Assembly: GCA_964247055.1 (NCBI GenBank)
Contig: OZ176051.1
Location: 7,874,001 to 7,938,000, forward strand
Length of the DNA stretch: 64,000 bases
Reading direction: 5' to 3'
Origin: Paragordius varius
Lineage: Eukaryota; Animalia; Nematomorpha
Shown here: positions 1 through 10,521 of the stretch, one piece after another
Numbering within the stretch: the first letter of the stretch is position 1
Layout: the number at the start of each line of letters is the position of its first letter
Made by a program: the position numbers and the translations under genes
Notes under the pieces: generated by a model
Seen by the model: the letters and a program-made list of their open reading frames with translations, nothing else
Told to the model about the DNA's origin: nothing
Database searches by the model: none

Positions 1-322
1 TTTACCCAATTCAAAATGTAGAAAAATTTCCCTACATTAAAATAATTTCAAAATTTTGGCACAGTTTCTGTTTCTGTATTCTATTTTCTTTTCTATTTTA
101 AAATTTTTATTGCATTCCTTTTTGTATTTAAGCAAGCCTTTCACCCAAACTTGCATATCCATAATCTTTTCATAGTTATGCCTCATTTTTAATAACTTAT
201 TCCCATAAAATATTTTTCAAATAAACATCATTAAATGTCAACTTGTTTTTTTATAGCGTAATTTAAATTATATTTCTATTTTTTGAAAAAATTTACATAA
301 TATTTAAACATAAATTCAAAAG

Positions 323-2177
323 ATGACATCTAATGCTAAAAAACGAAAATTATCCGATCAAAATCGCCCTTTAAAAAAGAATGGGAAGAAATATTTTTTG
401 TCGTTTAAAATAAAAATGTTGTTACCTACCTTATATGTAAGGACAAATTATTATAAAAAAATAAAGAATTTTACAACCCATTTTTCTCATAAATTACCAG
501 AAAATCATGAGGAAAAACGAAAAATATAAAAAGATTAAGGAATTATACCAGAAAGGAAAATCTATTATGTCCATAGCTTTCTCCCAGAAAACAGTTGTAT
601 AATTAGCTTCGTATGATATTTGTTATATTTTAGGAAAAAATATGAAACCGTTTACCCAACTGAAAGAATGTCTAATAAATGGTTGCACTTTTTCATTTGA
701 TAAATTCCATATAAAGATCAAATCATGAGGCAAATTAAGAAACTTACTTTCTGCAACATGTGCTCGACGCATTGAAGATATGTCTAAATATATTTTTAAC
801 AATACATTATTGGCTCTAAAAAACTGTAAATATTTTAGTAATGCTATTGATTCTAGCACTCATATTAGTACAACACTTCAATGTGCGCTCTTCGTAAGAT
901 TTTGCAACGACAACATAGACAACGATAAATATTTAAAATTACCAATGAATAATACCACGAAAGGAAGGGATTTTCCCGAAATAATTAACACTTTTTTCGA
1001 TTGTAATGGTATATCTATGAATTGGTTTCGATCTGCACAGATGGCTGTCCCTCTATGATTGCAATAACCAAAGGATTTTTATTCCTCTTTTGAAAAACAA
1101 ATATAATTTACAAAATATTTTATCCTTTCACTGCTTTATTCATCAAACTTGGTTTCGCGTTCCCTCAATTCAGTAATTAAAACGGTTATGGATATAGTTA
1201 ACCACATCCGTGGCAGAGAACTTAACCGCCGTAAATTGAAAAACCTTCTGAAAGATATCCACAGTCAGTTTGATTATATTCTTTTGTACACCGCTTTGAG
1301 ATGGCTAAGCCTTAGCAGAGTATTATATAGATTTTTTCTTTTAAGACATGAAATTCTATTTTATAAAAGATAACAGAAAGTTTGACGAGGAAATTAATAG
1401 TGACATATGGTGGGTTTTATTAGCCTACATTTGCGACATTACAGATAAACTTTTTTAATACGTCGTGGAAGCAAAATAATAACCCAATTTGCAAATAAAA
1501 TATCTTTTAAATATTAATATTATAAACTAAATTTATAAATTAAACACTCCCATATCTTCCAACACTTAAAACGATTTATGAAAAAAATATGGAATTTACC
1601 ACGGAGATTAATTTAATAATAGATCATCTAACATTTTTATCTAATGATATAATTCAGTAAGATATATTAGCTTAAAACTCGTTGAAAATCCATGGCATAT
1701 GGATATATTCAATATTAAACAACTTGAGCATTTCGGTTTTAATCAGGCGCATATCATTGAAGAATTCGTAGTAAATGATTACAATTTGGAGGCTATATTT
1801 AGGGAAAATCTTAAAGAATAAAGATATGTGGAGTTTCATAAATAAAATATGTCAAGAATACATACAGAAACTGCTTAACCGATGATCATATGGACGACGT
1901 ATTAAGATTGGCCTATCATGAGGTGAAACCAAATTTGTCAAAAAATATTGGTTAATATCAAAATAAATGTTGTTATCGAAATATTTTAATTTTTTAAATT
2001 AAATGGTAAACCAGTTTTAGGATTTACATGCGATCCGCAAAAATTCATTGTGCTGATTTAGAGTATAAATATGAGCATATGTGTTAAATAGCTATGGAAG
2101 CCATTATAAGGTTCATGGCCCTCGAAAAAAAAATATGTTTTATTTGGCCCGTCAAATTTTTTTGGTGAGTACCACTG
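323..2177 (+). mobile_element. Decayed hAT (Charlie/GTF2IRD2/ZBED5-like) DNA transposon: frameshifted transposase and right TIR
   Basis: Fragments across frames match GTF2IRD2/SCAND3-type hAT transposase motifs: MTSNAKKRKLSDQNR..KEWEEIFF (323+), FSNAIDSSTHISTTLQCALFVRF..PMNNTTKGRD (780-1058), ICTDGCPSM (~1013-1040) and VNHIRGRELN..LLYTALRWLS..VLYRFFLLRHEI (1149-1373). Right end ggcccgtc...gagtaccactg (2177) reads CAGTGGTACTC in reverse complement, a Charlie-like TIR. Left TIR not found. Confidence 0.9.
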
Positions 2178-2211
2178 ATCTAAATACTCGGCAATATTTA
2201 AGTTGATAAGA

Positions 2212-2640
2212 AACGGTCCCAATTTAAATTTATGCTTTTATCGAAAACTATATCCGAAATATCTAAATAAAATTTAGTTTTGAAAAAAGTTCCATATCAA
2301 ACTACTTCGACGCCATGTTTATTTTACTACATTTTTGCAAAAATTAACCCTAATTTATTATTTAAATCACAACCAACATTGATAGAAACAGAAATGGTTT
2401 ATTTTGTATTAGCTAATGCACACATTTCTTATTGGCTAAATTTTTATCTTTGATTTTTACCTTAAAAAAATATGAATTTTTGTAATTTTTCCCTCACTTT
2501 TGTTAATGAAAACTCTTGCCATGGTTTTAATTCCCTCCATATTTTTTGAAGTATTTAAATTTAAACAGGCCTGGGGATCCACCGACCCCAATTTGAATCG
2601 AATGACTGAAATGAATGTGTTGTATCCGAGTATTAATTTT
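2212..2640 (+). repeat. Dispersed repeat family B (modules B1 and B2), copy
   Basis: B1 'aacggtcccaatttaaattt...ccatatcaaactacttcgacgccat' and B2 'ggcctgggg...ccccaatttgaatcga...gtgttgtatcc.agt.ttaa' recur at ~8040-8420, 23150-23662 (reverse), 24105-24560, 27590-27725 and 31518-32190. Confidence 0.8.
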
Positions 2641-2786
2641 ATCGACAGAAAAAAAGATAAATTCGTATATTTTTATGATGATTAATTTTTTGCATCAGAC
2701 TAATCTATAAAATAAGAAATATTAACTCGTTTTGAATGAATACTGATATTTCAGTTCAGTAATCTATATATTTATAAAGATAGAAA

Positions 2787-3660
2787 ATGCTGGCTTTGTG
2801 ATCTGTTTCCGGAAAACCGGTAGCCCATTCAAATCCAAATGTCGAAGAAATATAATCATTAATGAATCCCCCGACAATAGCATCGCCTTTTTTTGAATTA
2901 GGCCCCCGGTTCAGGCCCACCCCTTGTAAAAAACGGTTTTTTGGAAAACAGTAGTCCACAAAAATCGTGCCTTTGAGACAATTTTCCGAAAAACGTGTTG
3001 GAATATTAGATTTCAAATATGATTTTTTTTACTTTTTTCGATTGTGCCGAACATAGTCGGCTCGCTTTTTTTATTTAAGCCCTCTTTTTACCCGCTCCCC
3101 CCGTAAAATGCCATTTTTTTCAAAAAACAAAGTCCACAAAAATAATTTTTTGAATCTATTTTTTGTTCAAAGTATGAGACCGTAAAATACAATAAGGATT
3201 CCACGTATTCCGTGTTAAAAGGCAAAAATTTTAGTCAAGCGTTTTTTTGATGATAGCAGCTAGGTAAGGAACTACCCGCTTAAAACTGATCCGTCATATG
3301 GAAAGTGGTGGCTTTGTGATCTGTTTCCGGAAACCCGGTAGACCCATTCAAATCCAAATATCGAAAAAATATAATCATTAAGGAATGGCCCGACTATAAC
3401 TTCGCCCTTTTTTAAATTAGGACCCCAGTTCGGGCCCACCCCGTGTAAGAAACGGGTTTTTTAAAAACCCAAGTCCACAAAAATCGTGTCTTTGAGACAA
3501 TTTATTGGACAACGTGTTGAACCATTCAATTTCAAAAAGTGATTTTTGTTTACTTATTTTCAGTGCGCCGAACATAGTCGGCTCGCTTTTTTTATTAAAC
3601 CCTCTTTTTACCCGCTCCCCCCGTAAAATGCCATTTTTTTTAAAAAAATTAAGTCCACAT
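2787..3660 (+). repeat. Dispersed repeat family A, two tandem ~520 bp units (second truncated)
   Basis: 'gctggctttgtgatctgtttccggaaa...ccgaacatagtcggctcgc...cccgctccccccgtaaaatgccatttt' occurs at 2787-3305 and again from 3306; homologous copies at 24705-25990 and 48280-49070. The ORFs called here are spurious. Confidence 0.9.
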
Positions 3661-3813
3661 TGTCCCTTTTTTCGAACCTTTAATCTTAAATTTCAATCAG
3701 ATTTTATTCTAAGAGTTGTCCAATCTTATGTGCTAAATAGTAGAAAATTGTTCTGCATTAGATACCTATTATAAAAGTTATAATGTAATATACTAACAAA
3801 CTATTAGAAGTAA

Positions 3814-3997
3814 AGTTATATTACAAAGACATTTATTAAATACCAAAATTAAACATGTGTGTGTGATATTATAATACCAGTATATACAAACTATTTTGCT
3901 TGAAGCTACACATTAACTAGGTGTATCACAAAGAGTTATAAGTGTTTACAATTATATAGGTGCGTCTGTGTCTGCGACAGTAGGATCTAACTTAACA
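3814..3997 (-). repeat. 3' LTR
   Basis: Direct repeat of 7773-7954 with several indels and substitutions; starts TGTTAAG on the minus strand immediately after the PPT (3998-4010). Confidence 0.9.
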
Positions 3998-4010
3998 TCA
4001 CTCTTCCCCT

Positions 4011-7000
4011 GTCCTTGATATCTATGTGGTGGGTGTCGGATTCGTGTAGGGTATCGTCGTTCTGTGTGAGTGTCAGTGGTAGGTGCTATAGTGGGTGTTT
4101 GTTGGGATGGCAACTCAATGATGGGTTCCGAGGGTTGGGGCGGAGGTAAGGTCGTGGCTTCGGTCGTGGCAGTAGGGTACCATGGTGGAGTTTCTTCGGG
4201 CGAAATTGTCTTTCCCATTATTTTTTCACCTCCTTCCCTTGGTCTCAGTTGATCGGCGTGTTTTCGGATGATATTGTTATCATCTCGTATTTCATATGAG
4301 AGTAATCCGATTCGTTTATTTACAAATCCTTCTCGCCAACCATTGGCTAGTTCATTTTTATATATACTTTTTCGTTTTCATGGTATTCGTGATTTGGTTG
4401 TACATCGTCTAAGAATTCTGTTTGTTTATATTGTGGCCATGTGATTGGATTGGGTGGGTACGTTTTAGGAAAAGTTGAGGGACATGTATTTGTTGTGTAT
4501 GTTAGTGCGGTATCCCCAAAGCGTGTTATTTATTTTTGATTGTGAGTTACCGTCTTCTACTGACCGATAATGTGTTTTGAGGATATATATCACTCGTTCC
4601 ACCATTCCGTTTGCTTTTGGATGATAGGGAACTGATGTTACATGTTTAATGTTTCCCGTTTCCATGAATTTTTTTAGCTCCTCAGATGTAAAATAAGACG
4701 CGTTGTCGGTTACTATCATTCTTGGAGATCCATATCGACTGAAACATTCGTCTAGGAAATTTAAGATATTTTTGGCCTATATCATTTTCGATAGTTTAAC
4801 TTTGACCCATCGAGAATAACTGTCAATACCAATAATAATTGTCTATCGGGCCTGCTATGTCTAGATGTAATCTCTCTCATATTGCTGTATTAGTGTTCCA
4901 ATTGTATGTGGGATTCAGTTTTTGCATCGGACGGTTTTCCTGACACCTTTTACACGTATCTACCCACTTTTTTTATGTCGCTTTCCATGTTGTGCCAAAA
5001 AACTATTTGTTTTGCTTGTTCGTACATTGCTTTGAATCCGGGGTGTTCGACGTGTAATAAATGTAAGATATTTATTTTTAAGATTCGGGAATTATTAATC
5101 TATGCCAATATAAAAACCCGTATTTATTTTCAATTTCATTTCTAAAACTGTGGAATGGATGTAATATTTTATTGGACCAGTTGTTTGTTCTTAGTGCCCT
5201 TATTACCTGTTTTAATACAGGGTCGGTTTTGGTCTGGCTTCTAATATGGTCACGATTTATGATGAATATACTATTGAAAAATCCTACATGTTCTGCTGTT
5301 TGAAGGCTTTCAGTGTCTTGTTGTTGTGGTTCTGTCGGCATGCGGGACAATGGATCTGCAATGTTTTCGTGGCTTTTAATGTACCGTAGATTGTAATTAA
5401 ATTCGCTAGCTTTATATATCCAACGTATTAGCTTGGAATTATTTATTTGGTCTAGTTTACGATTATCTCCAAACAGCATTAGTGGTCTGTGATCAGTACG
5501 CCGTTCAAACTTCTTCCCCGTAATAAAACGTTCTAAATTTTTCAAAAGCTAAAAGTATGGCTTGTGATTCCTTTTCCATCAGTGAATAATTTTCTTCGGG
5601 TTTAGACCACTTTCTAGATGCGTAGGCAATGGGTTTATTTATGCCCTCCTGCGTGGTCTGTAGTAACACTGCTCAGTACCCTTTATTCGAGGCGTCTGTT
5701 TCGATTATTATAGGTAACTTAGGGTTGAACGGAGTTAGTTTAACAGTATGACATTTTAAATTTTTGGCTCTGTTAAAAGAGTCCTCGTGGTTTTTGGTCC
5801 ATATCCAGGGTTTTTTATAACTGCTTAGGTCATGAGTATAGCCAATCTTCCATGCCATTTCGGGAGGAATCATATGTGAAAATTTATTAAGCCTAAGAAG
5901 AACTTGATTGTTGTTTTGTCAGTGGGTCTTGGGAAGTCTTGTATGGCTTTAACTTTATTGGCGGCTGGTGATATGCCGTTTTTTGATATAACATATCCCA
6001 AATAGCTTACAAACGGTGGAAAAAGTTTTAGTTTGCTTTTACTTAATTTTAAACCAGATTCGTCTAAACGCTTAAATACCTTTTCTAAGTTTCTTTTATG
6101 TTCGTTTCAGTTCTTTCCTGTTATTAGAATATCGTCTAAATATACAGCTGTTCCTGGGCAGTCACCTAAAATCTTATCCATCAATCTTTGAAATATGCAG
6201 GGAGCGCTTGTTAGGCCAAAGGGAAGCCTTTTATATGTAAAATACTCTAGGGGTGTGGTAATTGTTAGTAATTTTTGACTTTCTTGATCTATTGGCAGTT
6301 GCAGATATGCGTCTTTCAAATCGATTACCGAAAATGATTCTCCTAATCCTATTTTGGAAACTAATTCGTCAAATGTCGGTATATTATGACTGTCATCTGA
6401 AAGATATGGATTTATTGTGACACGGTAATCTGCACATAACCTTAAAGGATTATTCGCTTTGTTATACAAACAATAGGGGTGGCCCAGGTTAGTTTCTCAG
6501 TCGTAGGGTCTTATAGTTTGATAATGTCCGCTTCTAAAAGTCTCTTAATTTTAGAGTTCTTTTAACGGTATCGGGATGCAGCGACACTTAAAAATTTTTG
6601 GTTTTGTATTGTTTTTTAAAAAAGTTTGAGAGAGGTTCCAGTGAAACACCTTAACTTTTCACAAAAAAGTGAATTAAATTTATTAACAAGTGAATTTCCT
6701 CAAATATATTATTATTAAAACATTTACGACAATTTATCAACTGTTTTATTGCATTCGGGAATTTTTGTAGCCAATCCCAACCAAGAATTGCTGGGGCCTT
6801 CTTGCCGCTTACAACCATACACGCCAAAGATTTTGTTTCACCATCGCATTGTACCCTGACCATACACCTACCCTTGGAATTGTTTCTTTGTCCACCATAG
6901 CTATACAAATCTGGGCCTGTTTGTTGCAACTCGAGCTCCCCAATTTTTTCCCACGCTTGACAATCAATTATAGATACGCTTGAACCTGTGTCTATAATCA

Positions 7001-7700
7001 TGCGTATTGGCTTGCCATTTATTATTATTGTTATCTTGGGGGTGGATCCAGATACATGCTGAACGTTGCTAATCCTTTTCTCCTTACAGCACGATTGGAA
7101 GTGATTCCAGCCTTGGCATTTATAACATTGTTTGCCCCAAGCTGATCATCTGCCGGGTGCATGACCTAACCCGCAGAATCAACACTTGTTTTGGTATTTC
7201 CGAGCTGTAGTCTGCAATATCTGGCCGTCTATTGTTGTTAGTTGATGTGCTTTTTAATAGTTGAGGGCAATGTCTACCACTTGTTTTAGGGTTACGGTTT
7301 CGTTTCCCCACATGGCATCGGCCAATCTAGAAAACAGATCTAGTTCTAATTTTTCCACTCCCAGGCTTGCAATGAACACGTCGCGCATTTTTTCATCGAT
7401 GTCAAGCTTGAAGTTGCATTTTGCGGCTTCGGTTTTGACTCGTAAAAGGAATTCTGTAAATGTTTCATTTTCTTTCCGACAAAGTTTTACTTGGAATATA
7501 TTTTTCCTATTCGATTCGTATGTTTTCCTGCCGGATTTAATGATGTCCGGCCAGGAGGCATTATCAAGCGAATTTAAGTAAAGAATCGTTCGAAATTCTT
7601 TGTGCCCGACACCTGCTTAAGCGAGAAATAACGTCTTGCAATTGTTGTCGTTTGTCGTCATGTTTTTTGCAGCTAGCATTCGCTGAATGTATAAAACGTA
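4011..7700 (-). pseudogene. Fragmented gag-pol of the Gypsy element
   Basis: ORF pieces 6651-7001 (protease), 6107-6469 (RT), 5673-5873 and 5078-5545 (RNase H/linker), 4465-4719 (integrase core) and 3952-4218 (Pro/Thr tail with RRYPTRIRHPPHRY). Confidence 0.9.
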
Positions 7701-7750
7701 TCAGTCAAAATTATCCTTTTCATCAAAGCTTTTCAGAGAATTTTTGCTAG

Positions 7751-7766
7751 GTTCATTTCCGCGCCA
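7751..7766 (-). promoter_or_regulatory. Primer-binding site of the LTR element
   Basis: Minus strand TGGCGCGGAAATGAAC begins with TGG (complement of tRNA CCA), 6 nt inside the 5' LTR. Primer tRNA identity not assigned. Confidence 0.7.
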
Positions 7767-7772
7767 ATAATC

Positions 7773-7954
7773 AGTTATATTACAAAGAAAACATTTATTA
7801 AATACCAAAATCAAACATGTGTGTGTGATAATACCAGAATTATATTAACTAATTTGCTTGAAGCTACAATTAACATTAATTGGGTGTATCACAAAGAGTA
7901 AGTGTTTACAATTATATAGGTGCATGTGCTACGACACTAGGATCTAACTTAACA
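7773..7954 (-). repeat. 5' LTR
   Basis: Direct repeat of 3814-3997; followed on the minus strand by the PBS (7751-7766). Confidence 0.9.
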
Positions 7955-8039
7955 CAAACTAGTTTTGTTAAAACTTTTAATAATCCAATTTAATAGCTGT
8001 AATTAATGGCCCTGACCTTATTTGAATATTTATTAAATA

Positions 8040-8420
8040 TCATGAAAACAGGTCCAATATAAATTTAAGTTTTTATCCTGATAAAAATTTTTATAGCTCC
8101 ATAAACTACTTGGACGCCATTTTTATTATGCAACATCTTTGAAAATCGTTATTTGATTCTGATACTGAAAATAAGGTTTCGAAATTACATCTAACATTAT
8201 TATAAACAGAAAAAGTGTTTTTATTATCTCAATTTATTGAGGTTTATTCATAAAAATTATTAAAATTTGAATAAACCTTTTTTCGTCATCCTTTTTAATA
8301 ATAATACAAATTTTTGCAAGTTTTCAAATTTATTCCATATATTTTGAAATATTTGTTGATGCTAGGGTCACTAGTTACTCCAATTTTTATCGAAGGACTT
8401 AGATAAATTTGTTGTATACA
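8040..8420 (+). repeat. Repeat family B copy
   Basis: 'aacaggtccaatataaatttaag...ccataaactacttggacgccat' plus 'gggtcactagttactccaatttttatcgaaggact...gttgtatacaagtcttaa'. Confidence 0.65.
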
Positions 8421-8488
8421 AGTCTTAAGATAAACATAACACTATGGGCTAAGAAATTTAAATCTCTAACCTCATATGGTTTGCCCCA

Positions 8489-8807
8489 ATGGGTTGGTAT
8501 GAACTGATACCAGCAACAGGCCTATTCGCTTTCTTTTTCGTTGCCCCTTCTTTTATTTTACACGGTGTTCACTATTTTGCCATAGATAAAGTATATTTTG
8601 CTTTTAAATCAGGCCTTTGTCCGACGAACTGCTGGTCATCTGCAAAGATATTACATTAAACATGATATGCGTGTAAACGATGGTGATTACGAAAACCACA
8701 GAGTATAAAATTTTATAATATTACAGGGATTGGAAAGGTTACCGCCAACGGAAGAAATTAAAAATTTTAGAATGTCGCTTAAAGCTCAATATGGCTCTAA
8801 AAATTAA
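8489..8807 (+). CDS. NDUFA1: NADH dehydrogenase (ubiquinone) 1 alpha subcomplex subunit 1 (MWFE), 3 exons, 90 aa
   Basis: Exons 8489-8590, 8613-8702 and 8727-8807 give MGWYELIPATGLFAFFFVAPSFILHGVHYFAIDK|AFVRRTAGHLQRYYIKHDMRVNDGDYENHR|GLERLPPTEEIKNFRMSLKAQYGSKN*. This aligns to human MWFEILP...IHRF...ERDRRI...K|GLENID. It requires introns of 22 and 24 nt. Confidence 0.92.
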
Positions 8808-10521
8808 TAAAATATTTTGTTGAGCTTCATTATTTGGTATAAAGATTATAGTTCGTATTGATTAGTCTATTAATTTATTGTAATCCACTTAGCCATAAAA
8901 TTATGCATAGCGATATTTTGGGAATATTATCTTCATGGTAGTTTTATATTCGGAAGGAAGATGCAAATATTATAAAAAACATTTTTTTGAGTATTTTTTA
9001 GCTTTTTAGGGAAATTTAAAAAACTAATAATATAATAAAATCATTTTTTGCCAACCAAATAAATATATATTAAATATATTTTGATTTTGTTTAAGCTACA
9101 GATTTTGTTCAAAATTAGCTGGTTAACAATGCTATTAAATTTTTTTTAGATTACTTTTACAATGATCAATTTTTGTCAATTAATTTTAAATTAAAACATT
9201 TTAAACCAGTAGTTTATAGACAGGTTAACTCTTGCATTCAAAGTTACCACAAAATAATCTATGTAAAAAAGGTAATCAAGTGATAATATTAATTTGCATT
9301 ATGATTTAAAAATAATATTTCTCGATCGACTAAAATTGAATATTTTATGAGAAAAGCGAACACTTCATTATTCATATGAAATTGAATTTGGAGGTTTTAA
9401 AGGTCTAAGTTTATGATGATAGCCCATAAAGACTTCCTGTAATTTAAACCCCAATAATCGCACCTTTGTAGAAAAGCCATAAAGACCAAAAATTGAGGAG
9501 CGCCTACAGACTCAACAAGAGATTAAAAATATGCCGAAAATCAGTATGTTACAAATGTCTAATATGAGATATTCCGAACGCTGGCGCAGTACAAAATTAA
9601 AACATACTTTGCCTATTTTTACACCAGATTTTTGATAAGCTTATTAGAAACAATAAAAATATCCAACAAATAAATTTAATTGAAACAAATAAAAATATCG
9701 AACTTTCAAAATTTCATCAAATTTCTCAATCATAAATTTTGTGTTAATTTTAAATTTTGAGGTCCGCTTTTCTCTCTTCTCGATTCGATTATAAATTCAT
9801 TTTCCTGACAGGTCACCTATTTAATATATAGAGTGTCAAATATAGGATTCTAATAATGATGGGCCTTGCAGAGTCTAAAAAAAGGTTGAATTTGGGTACT
9901 TTTTAATTAGATATTTTTTGGCACATAAAGATGTCAAAAAGCACAACCTAACTCATACTTTTAAGAGTTTCGTGGAATTCAATTACATTATCGAACAAGT
10001 TTGGGTTATTAAATAAATTAAAGATTAATTAAAATTTTGTGTTAAAACATTTTTATAAGCAAATCATGCATTCCAGATTTGTCTCTTACGTACTTTTAGT
10101 TATTTATATAATATAATAGTTTTAGGTAATTTATAAATATGTGTTGTTTTTTAAATAGAAAAGTAACATTTTTATTTTAAGTGTTTTTTTCTTATATTAA
10201 TTTCTCTTGATGATATTGACAAAGAATTGGATCAATAAATTAATTTTATCTTTTTTGCGGGATGTTCATATTATTTACCTTAGAGAAGGCTGGTCGTTAA
10301 CCATTCAATAATTAGCTATTACTCACTTATATTTTTGTAAAAACCTAGACCTGCTAAATATTATAATTAATTATTTAATATATATTTACAGGCTGTTTGT
10401 TGAATTACCCATTGTGATAATGTTAATAACAAGTGCTAGATATAATAATTATTTTCCAAAAAATTTTTTTATTTATACTATGATTAGTGGATAATAAAAT
10501 AATTGATGCAAATTAGTTGAA

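Larger units (their letters stand above)
3814..7954 (-). mobile_element. Ty3/Gypsy LTR retrotransposon (Mag/K02A2.6-like), full-length layout but decayed
   Basis: Two ~183 bp LTRs (3814-3997, 7773-7954); PBS TGGCGCGGAAATGAAC next to the 5' LTR; PPT AGGGGAAGAGTGA next to the 3' LTR. Internal order: gag (double Cys/His knuckle near 7080-7180), PR (IIDTGSS, 7001), RT (LRLCADYR, YLDD), RH (ETDAS, TDHRPL), IN (IVTDN, YHPKANGMVER). Many stops and frameshifts; no matching TSD found. Confidence 0.95.

Noticed and set aside
2500-3774. ORFs at 2500-2685, 2756-3016 and 3505-3774 (also 24765-24977 and 25754-25981)
   Set aside because: They lie inside repeat families A and B, and frames are not conserved between copies.
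9405-9510. Minus-strand ALLNFWSLWLFYK|GSLYGLSS* with an apparent 27-nt GT-AG intron
   Set aside because: No upstream exon or start could be joined and no homology; such patterns arise by chance in AT-rich DNA.
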